DNA of 64,000 nt. Source: an uncultured delta proteobacterium. Lineage in GTDB: Bacteria > Desulfobacterota > Desulfomonilia > UBA1062. Positions within the stretch are counted from its first letter, which is position 1. Every line of letters starts with the position of its first letter. The translations under genes and the position numbers were made by a program. The DNA is taken from the NCBI GenBank assembly GCA_963785235.1, contig CAWAUM010000005.1, positions 288,001 to 352,000 on the forward strand, written 5' to 3'. Shown here one piece after another: positions 54,462 through 64,000 of the stretch. The notes below the pieces were generated by a model. It was not told the origin of the DNA and made no database searches. It worked only from the letters and a program-made list of their open reading frames with translations.

Positions 54462-55592
54462 ATGACCAAGCGAATGGTGATCATGCTGGCGGCGGTAGGC
54501 CTGCTGTTCGGCGGCTTATTCGGCTATAAGGCCTATATGGGTATAGTGATGAAGAAGTACATGTCAGCAGGCGGTATGCCGCCGGTTACGGTGTCAACGA
54601 TTCAAGCCTCGAATGAGGAATGGCAGCCGCAACTCAAGGCGGTGGGAAGCCTTAGGGCCGTGCGAGGGGTTGACCTGGCCTGCGAAATATCAGGCCTGGT
54701 AAGAAGTGTGCATTTTAAATCAGGAGACGAGGTCAAGGCGGGCCAGCTGCTGGTGCAGCTCAATGCAGATTCCGATATTGCACAACTGCAAGCGCTGGAG
54801 GCTGCTGCTGACCTGGCCGAGATAACCCATGAACGAGACAGAAAACAACTCGAAGCGCAGGCTATAAGTAAGTCCACATTTGATGCATCATCTGCGGATC
54901 TTAAAAGTAAAAAGGCCCAGGTTAACCAGCAGGCAGCAGTTGCAGCCAAGAAGACCATACGCGCACCCTTTGCCGGGCAGCTCGGCATCAGTTCCGTCAA
55001 TCCTGGACAATACTTGGATTCCGGCGAAAAAATCGTTACCCTGCAGTCACTCGATTCGATCTTTGTAGACTTTTTCCTGCCTCAGCAGGAACTCTCCCGG
55101 ATCTCAAAGGGCCAGACGGTCACCATCACCACTGACTCGTTTCCGGGCAGGACATATTCCGGCACCATAAGCGCAATCAACCCCAAGGTAGATCCCAAGA
55201 CCCGTAATGTCCAGATAGAGGCGGTGATTGCCAACCCCAAGCACGAACTGCTGTCCGGCATGTATGCCGCTGTTGAGGTACAGGCAGGCGAAAAACAGCG
55301 CTACCTGACACTGCCCAGGACCGTTGTAACCTTCAATCCCTACGGCGAGACCGTGTTTCTGGTGGAGAAAAAAGGCAAAGACAAGGCTGGAAAGCCGGGC
55401 CTGTTCGCTGCACAGAAATTTGTCACCGTGGGTCCTGCCCGGGGCGATCAGGTGGCCATCCTCGCGGGAATCAAGGAAGGCGATCTGGTTGTCACCAGCG
55501 GACAGCTCAAGATCAAGAGCGGCAGCCCGGTCATCATAAACAACCGGGTCCAGCCATTGAACGATGCTGCCCCCAGACCCGTAGAGCAGTGA
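54462..55592 (+). CDS. RND efflux periplasmic adaptor
   Basis: N-terminal TM, IRAPFAG, TRNVQIEA, VVTSGQLK. Confidence 0.93.
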   Translation: MTKRMVIMLAAVGLLFGGLFGYKAYMGIVMKKYMSAGGMPPVTVSTIQASNEEWQPQLKAVGSLRAVRGVDLACEISGLVRSVHFKSGDEVKAGQLLVQLNADSDIAQLQALEAAADLAEITHERDRKQLEAQAISKSTFDASSADLKSKKAQVNQQAAVAAKKTIRAPFAGQLGISSVNPGQYLDSGEKIVTLQSLDSIFVDFFLPQQELSRISKGQTVTITTDSFPGRTYSGTISAINPKVDPKTRNVQIEAVIANPKHELLSGMYAAVEVQAGEKQRYLTLPRTVVTFNPYGETVFLVEKKGKDKAGKPGLFAAQKFVTVGPARGDQVAILAGIKEGDLVVTSGQLKIKSGSPVIINNRVQPLNDAAPRPVEQ

Positions 55593-55608
55593 TGAGGCAG
55601 AGGCACCC

Positions 55609-58600
55609 ATGAACTTTACCGACATCTTCATCCGCAGACCAGTGCTCGCAACCGTGTTGAGCATACTTATCCTGGTGCTGGGGCTCAGATCCATCAACCT
55701 GTTGCCGGTACGTGAATACCCGGAAACACAGAACGCGGTAGTCACGGTCACCACCGTCTACACCGGAGCCGACCCCGAGCTTGTCTCCGGCTTCATCACT
55801 ACACCCTTGGAAAACTCCATAGCCCAGGCCAACGGCATTGACTACCTCACCTCTTCGAGTTCGGCAAGCGTGAGCACCATCACAGCGAACCTGCGCCTGA
55901 ACTATGATGCGAACAAGGCCCTGACCGAGATCAACACCAAGGTCAACGCGGTAATCAACCAGCTTCCCAAGGAGTCCCAGCAGCCGGTCATCAGTCAGTC
56001 CACCGGCGAGGACATCGGCTCCATGATCATGGGTTTCTACAGCAAGGATCTGGCTACAAACAAGATAACCGACTACCTCATCAGGGTAGTACAGCCCAAA
56101 CTGCAGGCTGTCGAAGGCGTGCAGACTGCGGAGATCCTCGGCAAGCAGGAGTTCGCCATGCGGGCCTGGCTCGACCCTGAAAAGATGGCTGCACACAATG
56201 TGACTGCGTTGGACGTGAGCAAGGCACTGGTTGACAACGACTTCATCTCGGCCCTGGGCCGAACCAAGGGACAGATGGTTACGGTCGATCTCACCGCAGC
56301 TACCGGCCTGCACACGGTTGATGAGTTCCGCAACCTCGTGATCAGATCCGTAAACGGCTCCATCGTCCGGTTAGGAGATGTGGCCAATGTGACACTCGGG
56401 GCGGAAAGCTACGACAGTTCGGTGCGATTTGACGGGAAGAGCGCCGTATTCATGAGCATTAAGGCCGCTCCGAACGCAAACCTGCTCACCGTAGCCGATG
56501 GCGTACGCAAGGCCTTTCCTGCTATTACGCAGCAGCTGCCCCAAGGCCTTGACGGCCGCATCGTCTACGACGCCACGGACTATGTGAACAGTTCCATAAA
56601 GGAGGTGGTCACCACCCTTGTTGAGGCGCTTATCATCGTGACCCTGGTGATCTTCCTCTCTCTTGGCTCGGTGCGTTCGGTCGTCATCCCCACCGTGGCC
56701 ATACCTTTATCGCTTATCGGTGCGTTCTTCATCATGCTGGCGTTAGGTTATACCATCAACCTCATGACCCTGCTCGCCCTGGTGCTTGCCATCGGGCTGG
56801 TGGTGGACGATGCCATCATCGTGGTGGAAAATGTACACCGGCACATGGAGGAGGGCGCCTCGCTCATGAATGCGGCCCTTATGGGCGCCCGCGAGCTGGG
56901 CGGACCCATTATCGCCATGACCGTGGTGCTCATTGCCGTGTATGTGCCCATCGGATTCATGGGCGGCCTCACGGGCGCCCTGTTCACCGAGTTCGCCTAC
57001 ACCCTGGCGGGCGCGGTCCTCGTTTCGGCCGTTATCGCGCTGACCCTGTCGCCCATGATGTGCTCGCGCTTCCTCAAGCACGCCGGTCCTGGAGAGCGGC
57101 ACCGTTTTGTGGATTTCATCGACGGCCAGTTCAACATTCTTAGATCCTGGTATGAAAGGATGCTGCGGGGAGCTCTCAACATGCTCCCTGTGGTCGGGGT
57201 GTTCGCTGCCATCATTTTGGCAAGCAATTATTTTCTGTTTGCAGGTTCAAAAAGCGAACTCGCGCCCCAGGAAGACCAGGGGTTCATGCTCGCCATGCTC
57301 ACGGCAGCCCCGGATGCCACCTTGCAGCAGACGCAGCTCTACTCGAAGCAGTTAGCCGAAATCATATCGCCCATACCGGAGGTCGAGCATCTCTTCCAGG
57401 TGGAGGGTTTCTTCGGCCTCAACTCGGGCTTTGCCGGACTTGTGCTCAAGACCTGGGACGAGCGGAACCGCACAACAGACATGCTGCAGCCTGAGATTCA
57501 GGCCAAGCTCGGCCAGATAACGGGTGCCCGGGCTGTGGCGTTTCAGCCTGCACCTCTGCCCGGGACCGGACATGGCCTGCCCGTGCAGTTCATTATCGGC
57601 ACCACTGACTCCTTTGATCGGCTGAACGAGGTCGCGCAGTCCTTCATGGTCAAGGCAAATGCAAGCGGCATGTTCATGTATGTGGACACAGACCTCAAGA
57701 TCGACAAGCCGCAGACCGTGGTGGAGTTTGACCGTGACAAGGCTGCGCAACTTGGCCTGACCATGGCGGATGTAGGCGGATCGCTGGCCTCCATGCTGGG
57801 CGGGGGCTATGTCAACTATTTCAGCCTGTCCGGACGCTCCTACAAGGTGATCCCCCAGGTTAAGCAGAGCGAGCGGCTCACCGCGGACCAGATCATGAAC
57901 TACCACATCAGGGCCGCAACGGGAGAGGCCATACCGGTTTCCACCATAGCGCGCTTGAAGAACAAAGTGGTGCCTGAGTCCATCAATCACTTCCAGCAGC
58001 TCAACAGCGCCACCATCTCGGCGGTCCTCACCCCCGGCATCTCCCTGGGTCAGGCACTGGATTCCCTCAGGACCATAGCAGATGAAGTCCTGCCCCAGGG
58101 CTACAGCGTCGACTACGGCGGCGAATCGCGCCAGTTCATGCAGGAGTCAACGGCATTGCTTTTCACCTTCGCCTTTGCACTCATCATCATCTTCCTTGCC
58201 CTTGCAGCCTTGTTCGAAAGCTTCCGAGACCCGATCATCGTGCTTATCAGTGTGCCCATGTCCCTCTGCGGTGCGCTCATCTTCATCAGCCTCGGGATCG
58301 GCGGGGCAAGCCTGAACATCTATACCGAGGTAGGCCTGGTGACGCTCATCGGCCTCATCAGCAAGCACGGCATCCTGATCGTGCAGTTCGCCAATGACCT
58401 GCAGCGCGAGGGCAGGAGCAAGCGCGAGGCAATAGAGCAGGCATCTGCAATCCGGTTACGGCCGATCCTCATGACCACTGCGGCCATGGTGCTGGGCATC
58501 ATGCCCTTGGTATTTGCATCCGGAGCAGGCGCAGCGGGACGCTACAATATGGGCCTGGTAATAACCACCGGCATTGCCATCGGCACCCTGTTCACGCTGT

Positions 58601-58686
58601 TCGTGGTGCCTGCCATGTACCTGTTCCTTGCCACGGATCATGCCAGGCAGATGATAAAAGAAAAAGAGATTGCAGGTAATGCTTGA
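55609..58686 (+). CDS. RND efflux permease (MexW/MexI-like)
   Basis: FIRRPVLA, IGLVVDDAIIVVEN, KHGILIV, RLRPILMTT. Confidence 0.95.
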   Translation: MNFTDIFIRRPVLATVLSILILVLGLRSINLLPVREYPETQNAVVTVTTVYTGADPELVSGFITTPLENSIAQANGIDYLTSSSSASVSTITANLRLNYDANKALTEINTKVNAVINQLPKESQQPVISQSTGEDIGSMIMGFYSKDLATNKITDYLIRVVQPKLQAVEGVQTAEILGKQEFAMRAWLDPEKMAAHNVTALDVSKALVDNDFISALGRTKGQMVTVDLTAATGLHTVDEFRNLVIRSVNGSIVRLGDVANVTLGAESYDSSVRFDGKSAVFMSIKAAPNANLLTVADGVRKAFPAITQQLPQGLDGRIVYDATDYVNSSIKEVVTTLVEALIIVTLVIFLSLGSVRSVVIPTVAIPLSLIGAFFIMLALGYTINLMTLLALVLAIGLVVDDAIIVVENVHRHMEEGASLMNAALMGARELGGPIIAMTVVLIAVYVPIGFMGGLTGALFTEFAYTLAGAVLVSAVIALTLSPMMCSRFLKHAGPGERHRFVDFIDGQFNILRSWYERMLRGALNMLPVVGVFAAIILASNYFLFAGSKSELAPQEDQGFMLAMLTAAPDATLQQTQLYSKQLAEIISPIPEVEHLFQVEGFFGLNSGFAGLVLKTWDERNRTTDMLQPEIQAKLGQITGARAVAFQPAPLPGTGHGLPVQFIIGTTDSFDRLNEVAQSFMVKANASGMFMYVDTDLKIDKPQTVVEFDRDKAAQLGLTMADVGGSLASMLGGGYVNYFSLSGRSYKVIPQVKQSERLTADQIMNYHIRAATGEAIPVSTIARLKNKVVPESINHFQQLNSATISAVLTPGISLGQALDSLRTIADEVLPQGYSVDYGGESRQFMQESTALLFTFAFALIIIFLALAALFESFRDPIIVLISVPMSLCGALIFISLGIGGASLNIYTEVGLVTLIGLISKHGILIVQFANDLQREGRSKREAIEQASAIRLRPILMTTAAMVLGIMPLVFASGAGAAGRYNMGLVITTGIAIGTLFTLFVVPAMYLFLATDHARQMIKEKEIAGNA

Positions 58687-58779
58687 TGAAATACCAGGCA
58701 TGCCTGGAAGTAAGGTGGAGGCATGTTCTGCGATCAAGTTGAGTCAATTGTTTTTTTAAATTGAACGGTCTTAGTTTTT

Positions 58780-59631
58780 TTACTTTTCCCAGTATGGTTT
58801 GTAACTATCCTTGATTGCTATCTTCCGGTCAGTCATGAACTGCTCAAAGATATCCGAGAGATAGATGAACCGGTAGATGTCATTGATGCGAGAACAGAGC
58901 ATGGATGCCCTGGGCCGCGATATTTCCACAAGAGAGCTCATGGCGCCGCCGGTTTTCAGGTACCTGCCCAGGTCATACTTGGTGAGCATTACCCCCATAC
59001 GGAAATCTTTCTGGAGATAGAGGATGCCTGTCTTGGCATTTGCATACACCGGTACCGCACCGTAATGGGTGGCATGGTGGCGAACATCCAGCAGATTGTC
59101 GCAGTCATTAATCATGGAGCTTATACCAAGATAGTCCTTATGCCGGTTAAGCTTGAGCCAGTATCTCAGGTCTGAGGGGCTCATGGCGATGGGTTTGGTG
59201 TGGTCTACCTTGGTGGGGGTGTAATGCGCCCGGTTGAGCAGTATGAAGAACTCATTTGCAAGGGCGCACACAGCCTGATAGAGGTCGCCATGCAATGCAT
59301 CGAAAGACTCTTTGGCCTCGAACACCCTCAGGTCAAGACTCGAACCATCATCTAGATTGGAAGTGAAAAGCCTATCCATGGTTTCGATCTGATAGAATGC
59401 CCCGGCGAGCTTCACCTCGACAGTGTAATGAAGGATCTGAATATAAGAGATGTCTTTATCTTGTTTTGGGGTAAGCTCGGGGCCTTCGAGGTTCATGAAG
59501 TGTGCTATGTCAAAGTCGGCAGCCAGCTCTCTGAGGCCCCACCAGTAGTCCAGGGCAATGAGGTCTTTATATTTTTCTTCCTTATCTTTGCCATGGCACA
59601 GGTGACGATCAATGGTCTGGGGCTTTCCCAT
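58780..59631 (-). CDS. Hypothetical protein with HEPN-like RxxxxH motif
   Basis: 283-aa, helical-looking ORF; RHHATH at 59065-59082. Confidence 0.6.
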   Translation of the reverse strand: MGKPQTIDRHLCHGKDKEEKYKDLIALDYWWGLRELAADFDIAHFMNLEGPELTPKQDKDISYIQILHYTVEVKLAGAFYQIETMDRLFTSNLDDGSSLDLRVFEAKESFDALHGDLYQAVCALANEFFILLNRAHYTPTKVDHTKPIAMSPSDLRYWLKLNRHKDYLGISSMINDCDNLLDVRHHATHYGAVPVYANAKTGILYLQKDFRMGVMLTKYDLGRYLKTGGAMSSLVEISRPRASMLCSRINDIYRFIYLSDIFEQFMTDRKIAIKDSYKPYWEK

Positions 59632-59747
59632 AGTAAACTATGCTCCATAGGGCTCTGCAGTCATTGCACTGAAGAGGATATGCATCACCCTATATTTTAT
59701 GTATATGGAAAGAAGCGCCAGTGCAATAAGAGGTTTCAGGAGGGAAA

Positions 59748-61118
59748 ATGCCCAAGAATGAACCATACCGGAGCATACCAAAGGTGGACATGGTGCTGAA
59801 AGAGCCCATCCTTCAGGAGCTGCCCTATGATAGTGCGATCATCAAGAGGCTCCTGCGGGATAAGCTTGAATTCATAAGGACTTATATCGCCTCGGGCAGA
59901 CTCACCATAAGTCCTGATGCCTCCATTGTAGCCAAAGAGGTTGCAGGTTATGTCAGGACCGTCATGGAAGCCGGGCTGAAAACAGTCATCAATGCCGCAG
60001 GCGTGGTCGTGTTTACCAATCTTGGCAGGGCACCTCTGGCCAGGGAGGCTATGGATGCTGTTCTTCATGCAGCTTCTTCCTATTCAGACCTGGAGTACAA
60101 CCTTGCAGAAGGGAAAAGGGGCTCCAGGCAGGATCATATCCGCCCATTGACCAGGGCCTGTTTCGGGGCGGAAGATGCCCTGGTAGTCAACAACAATGCC
60201 GCTGCTGTCATGCTCGTAATCGCAAGCCTGGCAAAGGGCTCCGAGGTTATCATCTCACGCGGCGAGTTGGTGGAGATCGGCGGTTCTTTCCGTATGCCCG
60301 ATGTGATGGCAATGAGCGGCGCAGTTATGAAAGAGGTCGGTACAACGAACAAGACCAAGATCTCTGATTATAAAAATGCTCTCACGGACAATACTGCGCT
60401 CATCATGAAGGTGCACAGGAGCAATTTTTCCATTGTAGGATTCACCGAAGAAGTTGGGATTGATGACCTGGCCTCTTTAAGCCGGGATTTCGGCAAACCG
60501 CTCTTTGTCGACATGGGTTCGGGCGTTCCCTTTGACCTGGGCCCGTCGGGCATCCAGGGCGAATGGACCATCCCCATGTGTCTCCAGCAGGGTGCTGATA
60601 TCGTCAGTTTCAGCGGAGACAAGGTGCTGGGTGGCCCCCAGGCAGGCATCATCCTTGGAAAGACCGACCTTATGGAAACCATGGCCAGGCACCCTCTCCA
60701 CCGGGCCATAAGGGCGGACAAGCTCACCATAGCCGCACTGGCAGCAACGTTGCGGCTCCTTGCCCAGGGCAGGATCGACCGTATCCCGGTGCTGAGGATG
60801 ATTACCGAGCCGCTCAGCGAGGTAAAGAAGCGTGCCCAGAAATTAGCGAGGCTCATCAAAAACCATGGTCCCCGGATCGTTTCCACTCAGGCAGTTATCG
60901 GCGGGGGGTCTGCACCTACCAAGAGTTTCCCCTCCTACGGGGTGCTTGTTCAGAATCCGAAGGCACAGCAGGTCCTTGCAAGGCTGAGGTTGTGCAGCCC
61001 TGCAGTACTCTGCCGGATAGAGGAAGACTCGCTCATCTTTGATCTGAAGTCTGTAGAACAGCAGGAGATCAGCATGCTGGCGCACAATATCAACGAGGTG
61101 CTTGCCCATGAAGCCTAA
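59748..61118 (+). CDS. selA: L-seryl-tRNA(Sec) selenium transferase
   Basis: TNLGRA, VNNNAAAV, SRGELVEIGGSFRMPD, EVGTTN, FSGDKVLGGPQAG. Confidence 0.96.
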   Translation: MPKNEPYRSIPKVDMVLKEPILQELPYDSAIIKRLLRDKLEFIRTYIASGRLTISPDASIVAKEVAGYVRTVMEAGLKTVINAAGVVVFTNLGRAPLAREAMDAVLHAASSYSDLEYNLAEGKRGSRQDHIRPLTRACFGAEDALVVNNNAAAVMLVIASLAKGSEVIISRGELVEIGGSFRMPDVMAMSGAVMKEVGTTNKTKISDYKNALTDNTALIMKVHRSNFSIVGFTEEVGIDDLASLSRDFGKPLFVDMGSGVPFDLGPSGIQGEWTIPMCLQQGADIVSFSGDKVLGGPQAGIILGKTDLMETMARHPLHRAIRADKLTIAALAATLRLLAQGRIDRIPVLRMITEPLSEVKKRAQKLARLIKNHGPRIVSTQAVIGGGSAPTKSFPSYGVLVQNPKAQQVLARLRLCSPAVLCRIEEDSLIFDLKSVEQQEISMLAHNINEVLAHEA

Positions 61119-62013
61119 GGTTGGGTTTGCCCTGGGTGGCGGAGGTGTTCGAGGTCTGGCAAGCATCGGGGTATTAAAGGCGCTCCTGGAAGCAGGCATA
61201 ATCCCTGATGTTATTTCCGGCACAAGCATGGGTGCCATCGTGGGTTCGCTCTATGCCGATAGCTGCGATATCGGTCTTGTTGAGAGCTGCATTAAAAATA
61301 TGCTGACATCTGAAGAATTCCGTCAGAAGGTAAACAGGATTTCCGGCTCAGAGGATATGGACAGGGGATTTCTTGATAGAATATTTGCAACTGCAAAGAA
61401 AGGATACTTTTTTTACCGGTTTCTCTTCAGGGAATCAGTGGTCTCTGCCGAGACATTTTTCACCGAGATTGACCGTGTCATCCCTGATAAGCTCTTCTCG
61501 GAACTCAAGATCCCTTTTGCATGCATGGCCCTGGATATTGTCTCGGGATATCCTCAGATCCTGCATTCGGGTATGACCAGGCAGGCAGTCAAGGCATCAA
61601 GCGCCGTGCCCGGCATCCTGCCGCCTGTAGCCATCGATGGCAGGATGTGCGTTGACGGCGGCTGGGTTGAGTCGGTTCCTATCTCGGCAGCCAGGGTTCT
61701 TGGCGCACGGTTCGTTGTCGGTGTGGATGTGTCCCGTGAGACAACCCCCATCGATTATAAGGAAGAGATCAAGAACAGTATGGACATCCTCTTCAGGGCA
61801 GGAGACATCACCCGTTCACTCATGAATACCGTCAGGACTCGTGATGCTGACTTTATCATAAACCCTGAGGTTGGTGATGCCCAGTGGTCTGAATTCGAGA
61901 ATATCGATGCCTACATAACCGCCGGCTATCTGGCCGGAATTAAGGCTATCCCAAGTCTTAGGAAGGCATTGAGGACATCAAGGATCAAGGCGATGCTGTG
62001 GATGAAAAGATAG
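61108..62013 (+). CDS. Patatin-like phospholipase
   Basis: GGGGVRG, GTSMG, DGG. Confidence 0.92.
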   Translation: MKPKVGFALGGGGVRGLASIGVLKALLEAGIIPDVISGTSMGAIVGSLYADSCDIGLVESCIKNMLTSEEFRQKVNRISGSEDMDRGFLDRIFATAKKGYFFYRFLFRESVVSAETFFTEIDRVIPDKLFSELKIPFACMALDIVSGYPQILHSGMTRQAVKASSAVPGILPPVAIDGRMCVDGGWVESVPISAARVLGARFVVGVDVSRETTPIDYKEEIKNSMDILFRAGDITRSLMNTVRTRDADFIINPEVGDAQWSEFENIDAYITAGYLAGIKAIPSLRKALRTSRIKAMLWMKR

Positions 62014-62961
62014 ATTTTATCTCCGAGTATGCAGATTTCGGTATCCGGTTGGATGTCATTCTTACCAGGCACCTGTCCATAAGCCGGTCATTCGCTGCAA
62101 AGCTCATTGATGATGGTCAAGTAATGGTGGAGGGCAGTATTAAAAGGCCATCATTTAAAATGAAAAACGCTATGAGAGTACATGGCTCCTATAGCATGAC
62201 GGACGAGAGCGCCCCGCTTGAGCCCTGTACTATACCCCTTGATATCATCTATGAAGACCAGTGGATCATAGTTATTAACAAGCCTGCAGGGCTTATGGTT
62301 CATCCCGGTGCAGGCAATGCTGATGGCACCTTGGTGAACGCCCTCCTGGCCAAATACCCCCAGATAAAAGGTGTGGGTGATCCCCATAGACCAGGCATTG
62401 TCCACCGGCTTGATAAGATGACCTCGGGGGTGATGGTGGTTGCGGCAGATAGCTAATTCTCATGCAATCCTGGCCAATGCCTTTAAAACACATGAGCACC
62501 ACAGGGTGTATGTGGCCATATGTTATGGTCATATGCCGCAGGCTCAGGGCACCATTGAGACCTTCATGCAGAGAAACCCCAGGGATCGGAAAAGGATGAC
62601 CTCCCGCGCGGATAAAGGGAGAAGGGCTGTAACCCACTGGGAAGTGATCAAACAGTGGAAGGGATTCTCCTTGTTGCTGCTGACTCTGCAGACAGGCAGG
62701 ACACATCAGATCCGAGTCCACCTGTCCGACATGGGCCATCCCGTTGTAGGGGACCCGCAATACGGCGGAAGGAGGAGGGCAAACAGCATTGAAGATCCTC
62801 TCCTTCAATCATATATGAAGGCTCTGGACAGGCAGATGCTCCATGCCTTTACCCTGGGGATCACACATCCCATCACGAATATGCAGATGGAATTTAAAAG
62901 CGAGATGCCTGACGACATGAATCGGGTAATCCGGATGCTTGATGAGAGGGACACCTGCTGA
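61998..62961 (+). CDS. rluD: RluA/RluD-family pseudouridine synthase; frameshift near 62445
   Basis: S4-like N-terminus, NKPAGLMVHP, HRLDKMTSG, TGRTHQIRVH, QMLHA. Confidence 0.9.
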
Positions 62962-62968
62962 GTGATGC

Positions 62969-63457
62969 GTGAATGGACATGAAGGCATTATACACTGCGT
63001 CACGTCGCCCCTTGACAATCAATCACCATTGCCCGATCATATTATCATGCAAAGGCTTGGGGACTTACTGGCAAGAAGCAATGAGCAGATAGGCCAGATC
63101 ATGATGGTTCGTCAAAACTGGAAAGAAATTGCAGGTGAGGTGCTGTCTGTTCATGCTGAGCCGGTTGTAATCAAAAAAAAGGTTCTGCTGGTGATGTGCG
63201 ATTCCCCTGCGTGGGCCCAGCAGATAGGAATGCTGACAAAGGTTCTTGAAAAACAGATCAAGGATATCACCGGGATTAAAATACTCAAGGTAGAAGGCAA
63301 ATTCGGCCATGTGCAAAAGCCCCTGCAAAAGGGTAAAACCATACGGGTAGTAAGGAAGCCGGATATAGACCCAAAGGATATGAAGTGGTTGAAGGACCCG
63401 AAGCTGGCAGAGGCAGTACGCGAATTGATCAACCTTGATGGGAGCGGCGATGATTGA
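62969..63457 (+). CDS. DUF721/DciA family protein
   Basis: WKEIAGEVLSVHAEP..LLVMCDSPAWAQQI pattern. Confidence 0.8.
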   Translation: MNGHEGIIHCVTSPLDNQSPLPDHIIMQRLGDLLARSNEQIGQIMMVRQNWKEIAGEVLSVHAEPVVIKKKVLLVMCDSPAWAQQIGMLTKVLEKQIKDITGIKILKVEGKFGHVQKPLQKGKTIRVVRKPDIDPKDMKWLKDPKLAEAVRELINLDGSGDD

Positions 63458-64000
63458 ACAGAGAAAGATAATAACTACTTCTCTGATGATATTGGCTGCA
63501 GGCCTTATTGTGGTTTTTTCTCTGGTGTCGGTCTCATGCGACTGGATTCCGCCCCTTACCTATACAAATCTTGAAACCCCGAAGGAGCTTCTTGGTTTTC
63601 TTGAATCACGCCGCCAGGATATTCAGGCCGTAAAGGTAAACCGGCATATGCTGGAAATCGGCAAGAGACCATCTTTGCAAGTTCTCAAGGGCTATAACCA
63701 CGTGATGTACCAGATGAGGCCCTATCGACAGATAAACCTGAAATTTAGAAATTTCACAAAGGCCGAGCTCATGGACTTCTGTACGAATATTACCGCAGAC
63801 GCTCTGGAGATGCTGAGGGCCTCGATTGCTTCGGGCACAGGATTTTCACCGGCATGGAAGGGTACCATAAAGGGGCGCAAGATTGATATCGTGAGGGTGA
63901 CCCGGTTCAGCTATCTTGTTATCGGTTTGGCTGATAAACCACTTTTCCTGGGGCAAGTGGATCTTGCCAAGCGTCTTGGTATGGAGGATGTTGCAGTATT
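63450..64000 (+). CDS. Partial (3'-truncated) hypothetical exported/lipoprotein
   Basis: ATG 63450 overlaps the previous stop; MIEQRKIITTSLMILAAGLIVVFSLVSVSC...; open to the window end. Confidence 0.7.
   Translation, partial: MIEQRKIITTSLMILAAGLIVVFSLVSVSCDWIPPLTYTNLETPKELLGFLESRRQDIQAVKVNRHMLEIGKRPSLQVLKGYNHVMYQMRPYRQINLKFRNFTKAELMDFCTNITADALEMLRASIASGTGFSPAWKGTIKGRKIDIVRVTRFSYLVIGLADKPLFLGQVDLAKRLGMEDVAV

Overview
64-kb bacterial chromosomal window, most consistent with an anaerobic deltaproteobacterium (Desulfobacterota-like; inferred from gene content only). The left quarter holds a minus-strand cluster: Rab/Ras-like small GTPase - class III nucleotide cyclase - cooC, then core (folate-independent, MesB-like) methionine synthase - cooC - acsA (CODH) - an apparent acsB::acsD fusion - acsC. 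No acsE is visible, and REP-like palindromes bracket the mesB-acs block. The rest is mostly housekeeping and transport: ABC-F, rlhA, two HlyD/ABC-2 efflux operons with TetR regulators, a B12 radical SAM, panBC, HU, a hybrid kinase plus response regulator, metXW, MATE, mazG, stress proteins, an RND pump and selA-patatin-rluD-dciA. Many conserved genes are broken by single-base indels, most likely long-read consensus errors, so their coordinates are reconstructed across frames. I saw no rRNA, tRNA, CRISPR array or transposase. Best leads: (1) the GTPase-cyclase pair coupled to the CODH/ACS region, (2) a possible acetyl-CoA to CoFeSP to methionine module with a fused ACS/CoFeSP subunit, (3) a dispersed ~110-bp palindromic element with a variable 31-32-nt centre, (4) a stand-alone HEPN-motif protein.
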